A stretch of DNA of 64,000 nucleotides from assembly GCA_963847445.1 (NCBI GenBank), contig CAWJZV010000002.1, positions 96,001-160,000 on the forward strand, in the 5' to 3' direction. The notes below the pieces were generated by a model. That model had not been told where the DNA came from and did no database searches. It saw only the letters and a list, made by a program, of their open reading frames with translations. This DNA comes from an uncultured delta proteobacterium. Lineage in GTDB: Bacteria; Desulfobacterota; Binatia; UBA9968. A program made the position numbers and the translations under genes. Shown here piece after piece: positions 33,625-42,057 of this stretch. The first letter of the stretch is position 1. The number at the start of each line of letters is the position of its first letter.

Positions 33625-33890
33625 CGGCGAAATACCTCGTCCGGCCGCAACCACTTGCCCTTACGCGCTTGACGTATGGAGGTTCTCAGGGACTTCGCGG
33701 TATCCTCGTCGCTGAGAATATCGAGTGTTTCAAGCAGGCCGGCATATTTCTCCATACTTAGGATCACCGCGGCGGGAACACCGTTCTTGGTAACGGCTAC
33801 CGACTCATCGACGCTTTCAACTTGACGGATCAGCTCCAACAAGTCGTTTTTTGCTTTGGTGATCGGTACGTATCTGGATATCTCGTTCAT
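33621..33890 (-). CDS. Phd/YefM-family antitoxin
   Basis: ITKAKNDLLELI..V, VTKNGVPAAVILS, ETLDILS. Confidence 0.9.
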   Translation of the reverse strand: MNEISRYVPITKAKNDLLELIRQVESVDESVAVTKNGVPAAVILSMEKYAGLLETLDILSDEDTAKSLRTSIRQARKGKWLRPDEVFRR

Positions 33891-33905
33891 AATGGCCTCA
33901 ATAAC

Positions 33906-33937
33906 GGCTAGTATAATAGCCACTGGGCAAGTGTCAA
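33906..33937 (-). promoter_or_regulatory. TA promoter with overlapping palindromic operator
   Basis: TTGACA-N16-TATACT; IR GGCTA-GTATAA-TAGCC over the -10. Confidence 0.6.
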
Positions 33938-34060
33938 GATTTGCGGTAGAGCGAGGCGTTTCGTCCGCTCTTTCGTGCCGATTCGCAAACGGCGCGCGAA
34001 TTTCATCAACAGCGCGCAGATGAAAGAGCGCGCGGTTGACGCTTGATTGATTATCACTAC

Positions 34061-35077
34061 TTACCGTCCGGTCGACACCGTACCCTGCCGGGCTTTGAAG
34101 CGGTGCTTGTCGATTCTCAGGCTCTTGATTTTCGACTCCAGCGTTTGCCGTGGGATTCCCAGTTTGGCCGCGGCGCCGGTGGAGCCGGCGACCTGGCCGT
34201 GACACTCGGCCAATACCGTTTCGATCATTTCTTTTTCGCGCTCGACCAGAGTGGCGACAAACGGCACCGCCGCCGCCGATCGTTGGCCATCTCGTTTCAA
34301 CCAGGACTCGTCGATGGCAAAGGTTTCGCTGTCGCAGAGCACGACCGCCCGCTCGATGACATTTTGCAGTTCGCGAATGTTGCCGGGCCAATCGTAGGCT
34401 TGAAACAACTCCGAGGTCTGCTTGCGGATATTGCGGATTTTTTTCCCGGCCTTCTTGGCGTAGCGCTCGATGAAATATTCGACGAGCAGCGGGATATCGT
34501 CCACCCGTTCGCGCAAGGAGGGCATCTGGATGGGAAAAACGTTGAGCCGATAAAACAGATCCTGGCGGAAGGTCCCGGCGGCCACGGCAGCCTCCAGGTC
34601 GCGATTGGTAGCACCGAGCACGCGCACATTTACAGAAATCGTTTGGCCGCTGCCGACACGTTCCAATTCCCCTTCCTGGAGCACGCGCAGCAGGGCGATC
34701 TGCGTCTCGGCCGGCAGTTCGCCGATCTCGTCTAAAAAAATCGTCCCGCCGTCGGCCAGCTCAAACCGCCCCAAACGCCGTTGCAGCGCGCCGGTGAATG
34801 CGCCCTTCTCGTGGCCGAACAGTTCGGATGCGATCAGCGATTGCGGGATCGCCGCGCAGTTGACGCGAATAAAGGCGCGCGACGAACGTTTCGAGCGCTT
34901 ATGAATGGCGCGGGCGATCAGCTCCTTGCCGGTGCCGGTTTCGCCGAGAATCAGCACCGTCGAATCCACCGGCGCGACCTTGGCGACTTGCGCCAATACT
35001 TTGCGCAGCGCTGCGGAGGAACCGACGATCTCCTCGCCATTTTTATTTTCCGTAGGTGTGCGTGAGCACATGAACAA
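34061..35077 (-). CDS. Sigma-54 enhancer-binding protein lacking a sensory domain (probably 5'-truncated)
   Basis: GETGTGKE, GAFTGA, FLDEIG, WPGNIREL and HTH; homology starts abruptly at EEIVGS. Confidence 0.85.
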   Translation of the reverse strand: MFMCSRTPTENKNGEEIVGSSAALRKVLAQVAKVAPVDSTVLILGETGTGKELIARAIHKRSKRSSRAFIRVNCAAIPQSLIASELFGHEKGAFTGALQRRLGRFELADGGTIFLDEIGELPAETQIALLRVLQEGELERVGSGQTISVNVRVLGATNRDLEAAVAAGTFRQDLFYRLNVFPIQMPSLRERVDDIPLLVEYFIERYAKKAGKKIRNIRKQTSELFQAYDWPGNIRELQNVIERAVVLCDSETFAIDESWLKRDGQRSAAAVPFVATLVEREKEMIETVLAECHGQVAGSTGAAAKLGIPRQTLESKIKSLRIDKHRFKARQGTVSTGR

Positions 35078-35658
35078 TTGGTGGTGTCTTACTTCCCGGA
35101 CGCAATATCAACGGCGTGAGACACTTCACTAGACTCTGAAACCGATTCGAACTTTCGCCGGGAATTGGCCGATTTAATTCGCCTTCCGATCTCTCTCCCG
35201 CTCAGGTTCTTGGAAGCTGTGCCGCTGCCGCTGAGATCGGCATCCTTCGTATGCGTTGGTGTCGGCTCCATCGACAGCTTTACGCTGTCGTCGGCAACGC
35301 CCAGCGCCCGAGGCAGTTTTTACCCGCGCTAGTTTGGTGGCTCGCGACTTGCCAAAAGAGCTGCCATTTTATTTGCGCTGTCTTCATGGCCGCTCCGTTA
35401 TCGGTAAGATTACTGCCATCGTTCCTGCGCCAGCTCTCTGGCGTATCTGCCGTAGCCATGGCGGAGATAGCGCAGCCGGCGCTGAAACCAGGTGCCCCGG
35501 GGCCATTGCCAATTCTGCGCGGGCAGTATTTCGCCGTCATAGCTGGCGTTATTCACCCTGCTTTGTCGAAAGATTATTTCCCACGAATTCATAGTCTATA
35601 CCCTCTCTTCTCTTACCCCTCTTGATGCCTTCCGCGTCCGAGCAATTCCCGGCGCAGG

Positions 35659-36081
35659 TTAACTGGCCAGCCGTTTTTCATCCCGCGCGCCATTGGGAGA
35701 CGGCTTTTGCCGATTCTTTTCTTTCCAGCGCAATAGCCCGCGGCGCACATACTCGGGATTAAAGCCAAGCGCTTCACAGACATTGTCAAAGGAAAACATC
35801 CAATCGCCGCCCGGCGTTGTGATCCACTGCTCGGCTTCCTCGAACAACCGCCGGTGCTTGCTGTTGTGCGCAAACCGATTGTCCTGGAAGTTCAGGATCG
35901 CATCTTCTAGAAGCGCCAGCATGAGCCGCTTCTCCGGCTCAAGCCGGGTTTTTCTCCGCAGGGTGTCAAAGTATTGGGCCGACAGCAGCGTGTCCGGCTG
36001 AAACAGCGAGGCGAGTTTTTCGTCGCCCCTGAAAGCCGTGGCACTCTCCGTGTTCCCTGAATTTGCCAGCGTCGGTTCCAT
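35659..36081 (-). CDS. Conserved-looking hypothetical protein
   Basis: PEKRLMLALLEDAI...EAEQWI...FSFDNVCEALG; in operon after thioredoxin. Confidence 0.75.
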   Translation of the reverse strand: MEPTLANSGNTESATAFRGDEKLASLFQPDTLLSAQYFDTLRRKTRLEPEKRLMLALLEDAILNFQDNRFAHNSKHRRLFEEAEQWITTPGGDWMFSFDNVCEALGFNPEYVRRGLLRWKEKNRQKPSPNGARDEKRLAS

Positions 36082-36093
36082 AGTCACCTCCTG

Positions 36094-36432
36094 CTAATTG
36101 TTCGCGCTAACCTGAGCATCGATGGCCTGTGTGATCAGTTCCTTGCGCGCGACTCCGACCATGCGCTGTTTTTCTTCGCCGTCGCGAAACAGTATCAGCG
36201 TCGGTATCGCCTGCACCCGATAGCGTTCGACAAGTTGCGGATTATCATCGACGTTGAGTTTCATGAACCGCGCCGTGCCGGCGTACTGTTGGGCGAGCGC
36301 ATCGACGATCGGCGCGAGAGCGCGGCACGGTCCGCACCATTGCGCCCAAAAATCCACCAGGACCGGTGTTTTTGAATTCAACACCGTCTCGGCAAAATTG
36401 CCGTCGTTTACTTCTTGAACAAATTCGCTCAT
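36094..36432 (-). CDS. trxA: Thioredoxin
   Basis: VLVDFWAQWCGPC, IPTL. Confidence 0.95.
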   Translation of the reverse strand: MSEFVQEVNDGNFAETVLNSKTPVLVDFWAQWCGPCRALAPIVDALAQQYAGTARFMKLNVDDNPQLVERYRVQAIPTLILFRDGEEKQRMVGVARKELITQAIDAQVSANN

Positions 36433-36704
36433 GGTTTTTCTCCTCTGATGATCTCTTCGACAATCGCTTTGGTCATGCACCCTTCAGCGGTCAGCCCGGC
36501 TCCCCGTCGCCGCATCTCCGCCAGGAGTTGTCTTCCGGCGGCGTCGATGAACGTCACCTGCTTCAACACCACGCCGATCTGGCGCCCGTCCCGTTCCGCT
36601 CGCTGCCAACTGTCGCGCAATTCCTCGACCCAGGGACCGGCAAGCCGGCCCGCGAGTTCAAGGGTGGCGCGTTTGCCTTCGATATCTACGGTGATTTTAA
36701 GCAT
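36429..36704 (-). CDS. Small STAS-like protein
   Basis: MLKITV...LAGRLAGPWVEEL...VTFIDAAG. Confidence 0.8.
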   Translation of the reverse strand: MLKITVDIEGKRATLELAGRLAGPWVEELRDSWQRAERDGRQIGVVLKQVTFIDAAGRQLLAEMRRRGAGLTAEGCMTKAIVEEIIRGEKP

Positions 36705-36721
36705 AAGCCGGACAGCGCGCT

Positions 36722-37135
36722 TTATATCGCCTCGCCGTTCACCACCGCGACCAACACGCCTGCAAGCTCATCTCCTCCCTCAACCAGCGCCCGGTCGACA
36801 ACCAACCTCTCGATGCCGAATCGATCGAACCAGCTAACCACGACCAGCGCGCCGCCGCTGTCGAACACTTCGAGATAATCCACCGGTCTCGGCGTCGTCG
36901 GATCGTCATAGATCGCGATTGCGCCGACGGTCTGGCCGTGCGCCGTTAGCGGCGAGAGCGAAACCATAGTAAATGCGACCTGCGGCAATCCCGCCGCCGG
37001 CGCCGGGTAGCGTGGCTGGCCATTGCTGTCGGCAGCTTGCGCCCCAGCGACGGCGACCCAAGCGAACAGAATTAATCCGCCGATAGCCAGCGCGGCCCTG
37101 ACGGCGCGCGAATAATTGGTAGGTTTTAATGACAT
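36722..37135 (-). CDS. Exported hypothetical protein
   Basis: Signal peptide; YDDP.T.RPVDYLE, WFDRFGIER. Confidence 0.7.
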   Translation of the reverse strand: MSLKPTNYSRAVRAALAIGGLILFAWVAVAGAQAADSNGQPRYPAPAAGLPQVAFTMVSLSPLTAHGQTVGAIAIYDDPTTPRPVDYLEVFDSGGALVVVSWFDRFGIERLVVDRALVEGGDELAGVLVAVVNGEAI

Positions 37136-37160
37136 CGTCGATCCTCGCTTTACTCGACTC

Positions 37161-37322
37161 TCAGTTCCAGGTCACTTGTCGATGAATGACAATTTCCTCA
37201 CCGAGCTCGTCCGTCTCTAGGATCGGCTCGCACCAACACAAATGTGAATCCAAGTGAATGAGTCCGGCGGGCATCGCCACCGGCGCTGCTGCGGGATAAA
37301 TCCATCTTTTATCAATTTCCAT
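37161..37322 (-). CDS. 53-aa small protein with H..CWCxP..H motif (below ORF-track cutoff)
   Basis: AGGAG RBS; MEIDKRWIYPAAAPVAMPAGLIHLDSHLCWCEPILETDELGEEIVIHRQVTWN*. Confidence 0.6.
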   Translation of the reverse strand: MEIDKRWIYPAAAPVAMPAGLIHLDSHLCWCEPILETDELGEEIVIHRQVTWN

Positions 37323-37362
37323 CACATCGTCTCCTTGCCAGGCGCTTCGACTTGCCGGTCAA

Positions 37363-37423
37363 ATAAACCGGCATTTCGCGTACGGGGTATTACCCCCGCA
37401 GCAAGCTACGGGGAATGTTCAGA
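37363..37423. mobile_element. 61-bp short variant of the MITE-like element, copy 4
   Basis: Same ends (ATAAACCGGCATTTCGCG...GCAGCAAGCTACGGGGAATGTTCAGA then TTTAA); middle ~56 bp absent. Confidence 0.75.
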
Positions 37424-37424
37424 T

Positions 37425-37589
37425 TTAAAGCTGTGAGCGAAGCCGTTTAATCGCCGTTCTGATGCGGCTTGCCGACCAATCGATCAACGTCCCGGCCAGC
37501 GCCGGTTCGACTCCCTGGCTTAGCACCCGGGCAATTAGATTCGCCCCGCCCGCAAACAATACCGCGGCAAAAATACTTTCGATCTTCAT
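37425..37589 (-). CDS. Small hypothetical protein, first gene of the sigma-54 operon
   Basis: 54-aa ORF with hydrophobic N-terminus; stop lies at the element junction. Confidence 0.4.
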   Translation of the reverse strand: MKIESIFAAVLFAGGANLIARVLSQGVEPALAGTLIDWSASRIRTAIKRLRSQL

Positions 37590-37628
37590 CGGCTCGACCG
37601 CCTTCCCTGTTTCGCTGAGTCGAATAAT

Positions 37629-37775
37629 GGCAAGGCGCATGCCAGCAACGCCGAGTGTCGCCTCGACTATGTAAATGTTTAGAACTACGGGAGTTAAGTG
37701 CCCTGCAGGTTTCGGCGTCGCGATTGGCGCCGAAATAAATGTGACGACCTGTCGGCACGCGCCGAAATACCGGCG
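37629..37775 (-). promoter_or_regulatory. Sigma-54 promoter with tandem upstream activator sites
   Basis: CTGGCATGCGCCTTGCC at 37629-37645; TGACGACCTGTCGGCA-cg-CGCCGAAATACCGGCG at 37742-37775. Confidence 0.7.
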
Positions 37776-39899
37776 TCAGATGGGACGAGTGATGCCGAGC
37801 TTTCGCATGCGCGATTGCAGCGTGGTCCGCTTCATGCCCAAGCGATTGGCGGCGCCGGCAGCGCCGCCGATCACCCATTTGCTCTCACCGAGGGCGCGAA
37901 CGATATGCTCCCGCTCGGCATTTTCGAGGGTCGCGAAACCATTCGAAGCAGCGCTCGAGTGGCGGTTGGTTCTTTGTTTCAGTTCGGCAAGCGGAATTTG
38001 CAGCTCAGCACCGCGCGAAAGAATCACCGCGCGTTCGATAAAATTCTCCAGCTCGCGAACGTTGCCGGGCCAGTGATATTCCGACAGTGCGGTCATCGCC
38101 TTGACCGGAACGTTGTCGATCGGTCTTTTCATCCGCCTGGCGTATTTTTGCGCGAAGTAGCGCACCAGCAAGGGAATGTCCTCGCGCCGCTCGCGCAGCG
38201 GTGGAATCGTCACTGGGAAAACATTCAGGCGATAATAAAGGTCGGCGCGAAATTGCCCGTCCGCGACCTTTTGCGCGAGGTCGGCATTGGTCGCGGCCAC
38301 CAGGCGAACATCCACATGGACGGTGCGCGAGCTGCCCAACCGTTCGAATTCTTGCTCCTGCAAAACCCGCAAGAGCTTGGGCTGCAATTCGAGCGGAATA
38401 TCGCCGACCTCGTCTAGAAACAGCGTCCCCCGATGGGCCAGCTCGAAGCGGCCGACGCGTTGCGCAATGGCGCCGGTGAAGGCGCCCTTTTCATGGCCGA
38501 ACAATTCGCTCTCCAGCAGCCCGGTTGGGATGGCGGCGCAGTTGACCTTGACCAGGGTGCGCTCGCTGCGGGCGCTCAGATGATGAATCGCGCGCGCGAT
38601 CAACTCTTTCCCGGTGCCGGTTTCGCCTTGAACCAGGATCGTCGAATCGGTCGGCGCGACGGTCTGGATTTGATCGAGAACCCTTTTCAACGCGGCACTC
38701 TCGCCGATGATCTCTTCGAAGTTGTATTCGGTGCGGATCTCGTCTTGCAAATACAGCTTCTCTTCGCTCAGCTTGTTCGCCCGGTCGACGACCTGGCGAA
38801 ACGCCAGCGAGTTCTCCACGGCGATGGCGATCTGATTGGCGACATGTTGCAGCAGCTGAGCGTCCTTCTCAGGAAAAACTTCATCCGTCAGGCTCGCCAC
38901 CACCAGAGTTCCCAAGGGCCGGTCATGAGAAATCAGCGGCAGGCAGTAGGCCGACTTGAGCCCCTCGGCGAGTATGCGTCGAGCAATGTCCGAACCGAAC
39001 TGCTCGATATCGCTGCGCGCGATGAGCACCGGCTTGCGAGTTTGAATCGCTCGTCCGGTGGGCGATCCCTCGACGGGAATGGAGAGCCCCTCCTGGAGCA
39101 TTCCCTTGCTCACCGGGAAATCCAACGCGTGAATTTGCAGCGTTTGCGATTCCGCGTCGTAGAGCGAGAGGCTGGCATATTCGTGCGGCACCAGGTGGCG
39201 CAGCGAATCGGACACCGCCTTGAGCAGCTCGTGTAAATCGAGCACCGAAACCACCGTGTTGTTGACCTCGAGCAGCAGGCTCAGGCGATCGCGCTCTTCT
39301 TCGAGTTGCTTGTGAACCGATTGGGCTTCGGCGTAATTATGCGCGTTATCTATGGCCACGGCGACCTGCCGGGCCACCTGCTGCAAAAAGACCACATCGG
39401 CTTCGGTGTAGGCGGCCTCATGCCTGCTGCCAAAAGCGAGCGCCCCTAAATTTCTTAACGCCGTGGTCGCCGGGACGACGCAAAGCGATTGCACGCCCCG
39501 GTCGCTGAGCCAGCGCGAGAGTTCGGGAAACTTGCTGTCTTCAGCCAGACGGGAAACGACCCACGGCTGTTGTGTCTGCCAGACCCAGCCGCCTGGAGTC
39601 TCCATCGGACACTCTCCGGGAGCGCACGCGTAAGCCGGATCGGGGGTCTCGAGAACATGGGACTTCAACGCCTTGCGCTCGGGGTCGTAGAGCAGCAAAT
39701 TGGCAAAATCGAACTGCACGACGCGGTGCAGCCGCGGCGCGAGTTCGCTAAAAAGCTGGTCCAGTTCCCGGTGCGACGCGATCGCTTCGGAAATTTCTAG
39801 CAGCGCTTGATACTGGCTGTGCAATCGATCCATCGGCGGCGGTTCCACTGCATCGTCCTCGACATCGGCGAGATTATACGTCGATGGATCGCCAATCAA
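37776..39899 (-). CDS. FhlA-like sigma-54 activator (2xGAF, AAA+, HTH)
   Basis: Two GAF repeats (QVA.QVAVAIDNA), GETGTGKE, GAFTGA, LGMKRTTLQSRM. Confidence 0.93.
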   Translation of the reverse strand: MIGDPSTYNLADVEDDAVEPPPMDRLHSQYQALLEISEAIASHRELDQLFSELAPRLHRVVQFDFANLLLYDPERKALKSHVLETPDPAYACAPGECPMETPGGWVWQTQQPWVVSRLAEDSKFPELSRWLSDRGVQSLCVVPATTALRNLGALAFGSRHEAAYTEADVVFLQQVARQVAVAIDNAHNYAEAQSVHKQLEEERDRLSLLLEVNNTVVSVLDLHELLKAVSDSLRHLVPHEYASLSLYDAESQTLQIHALDFPVSKGMLQEGLSIPVEGSPTGRAIQTRKPVLIARSDIEQFGSDIARRILAEGLKSAYCLPLISHDRPLGTLVVASLTDEVFPEKDAQLLQHVANQIAIAVENSLAFRQVVDRANKLSEEKLYLQDEIRTEYNFEEIIGESAALKRVLDQIQTVAPTDSTILVQGETGTGKELIARAIHHLSARSERTLVKVNCAAIPTGLLESELFGHEKGAFTGAIAQRVGRFELAHRGTLFLDEVGDIPLELQPKLLRVLQEQEFERLGSSRTVHVDVRLVAATNADLAQKVADGQFRADLYYRLNVFPVTIPPLRERREDIPLLVRYFAQKYARRMKRPIDNVPVKAMTALSEYHWPGNVRELENFIERAVILSRGAELQIPLAELKQRTNRHSSAASNGFATLENAEREHIVRALGESKWVIGGAAGAANRLGMKRTTLQSRMRKLGITRPI

Positions 39900-40040
39900 G
39901 ATAAGCAGTCATCAGGTCCTATTCTCGCGGCTTGTCGATTCCCAGGCCTTCGATTTTCGACTCGGCTATTGTTCCGTGTCCATCTTGATCGACAACAGTT
40001 CAGCATGTTCGACAATCGCGGAATAATGCTTGCCCGTGAA

Positions 40041-41923
40041 TCAAGGCAGGCTGTTTGCGTGCTCGATCAGGATGCGCTTCACTTCCTGAATCGTTTCTGG
40101 ATTGCCCTGCATGGAATGCGCCGAATGGACGATCTTTTCCGACGCGACGCCGTCGATATGCGCGCTCGAATATTTTACCACGCCGTCTCCTCCCAGCTGC
40201 CGGCGGGCCGCCGCCTTCGACGCCGACGATGGAATGGGCGATCACTCCATCTGCGATGGGGATTGCCGATAAACCGAGGATGAAGCGATTGGTCGGGTTC
40301 ATGTTATCGATACTGGTTGGGATGCCGGTCATGGAACCGAGGAGCAATCCCTTGCTCTGTAGCGTCAATAGGTCGAGACCCAACTTGGTAAAACGGCCCG
40401 GCAGAGTCACCAGCCAGGAGCCGATGCGTCCCAGCACGCCGAGAGCCTGATAACTGCCGCGATGCGGGGTCGCGATAAATATCACCCGGCGGACAAACGG
40501 CAAAGGCTTGATCAACAGCGCGTTGGTCAGAAGGTCGCGCGTTTCAACATCGATGTCCAACTCATCCGGCGGCACGCTGAAAGGCCAGAGGTGCATGCCG
40601 CTATCGATCACCGTCATCTTCGTCAATAATCCGCCCTGACTGTGGCCCATGACGACCATCCGCTTGAGACCCGGCTCGTTCCCGTCGGGATCCAACTCTT
40701 TCACGACTTTGACCAAAGCATCGCGCAGGAGCATCGCCGAATAGGCGACGGGATTTCCCGTATTGTACATGAACAGCCAGATCTCATAATTTTCCCAAAA
40801 CCTTGGATCGTTCGCCAATTCATTGACAAGCTCGGCCCAGCGCGCCGGGCTCGAGGCGGTGCCGTGCACCAGCACGACCGGAATACGGCCGGGCTTGTGC
40901 GGTTGCATCATGAACAAACCTTCCTGCAAATTCGCGCCGCCGATGGCGAAGTCGCCGGAGCGAAAACCGGCGATCTCGAAATCCCAAACCGGCGCGCCTT
41001 CCAGAGTCATGGCAAGGGCGGAGGTTGTCTCGTATTCGATCGGCACGTCCACGCCTGCGATCTTGAGCGTTCTGGCGGAGTCCGGAGTGTAGAATTCCAC
41101 CTCGCCGCGCAACTTTCCGGAAGCCAATGCCGCGCGTGGATCGTCGAGCCGCAGAAACGCCGTGACCGGAATCTTCAGCCGCGGTGGAATACGCATGGAC
41201 TGTTTGCCCGCCTCACCCTCGAGCGGCTCGATCGACGCCATGAGAGCCGCGCCGATCCCCGGGGTGCGGTAGCGATTGCGCAAACCGCGCACCTCAACGT
41301 CGGCGGCGGGAACAAAATCCTTCATGCGGAAGCCGCCCCATATGAGATCGCGTTCATTGAATGTGACCGTAAGCTCGCCGAAGGGCAGCTTGAACACGCC
41401 GCCCATGGGGATGGCGTACGCGCCTTCGTCTGACTTGGCCGCTTGCGTCAGCGATTGATTGTAGAGATCCGCCGCCCAGCGCAGTCGCGGGTCGATTCCC
41501 CGGGGCTGCGTGCCGCGCTGCCCGGGAAGAAGAAATGCGTAAGCATACACGGCAGCCGCCAGATAATAGGAGCGCTCGCCGCTGTTCTGGCCGTGAAGAA
41601 AAGAAAGCTCGGCCAAGGCGAAGATGCGATCCTCGTCGCCTTTGGGCGCCAAACCCGCGTGCAGATCGGCCAACGCCTTTTGCGGATTGTCTTCGAATTC
41701 CTGGTAAAGGTTAAAATTGATCAGCTCTCGCGACGAAAAAGAGCTTGCCCGCTCGGCCGATATCGCATTGGCGGTAAGCGAATGATATGCGACCGCGGCG
41801 ATCCACGTGGTTTACGCCGATCGGCGTCGCGCACCCGGCTAAAAACCCTGCAAGCAAGTAAAGCGCGGTGAATCTAACGATTATTCCCTGGCTCAATTGT
41901 GTGAATTTCCCGAACCGACTCAT
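40041..41923 (-). CDS. Lipoprotein alpha/beta hydrolase (esterase/lipase), frameshifted
   Basis: LAGC lipobox, IPVVLVHGTASS, GHSQGG, IATPHRGS, DGVV.YSSAH. Confidence 0.85.
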
Positions 41924-42057
41924 GTCATCTCCCCTTCCACGTAAAGGTTTATTCTGCGGCCGCCAATGAAACTACTCGACGGCGATAGATTGTCTCAGTG
42001 TAACGCATCCCGACATCGACGATATTTACCGTGCAAATTTCCCATTCTGTCTCATTT

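Noticed and set aside
35280-35592. Short ORFs downstream of the thioredoxin operon
   Set aside because: Possibly a decayed gene, but no family recognised and the frames are inconsistent
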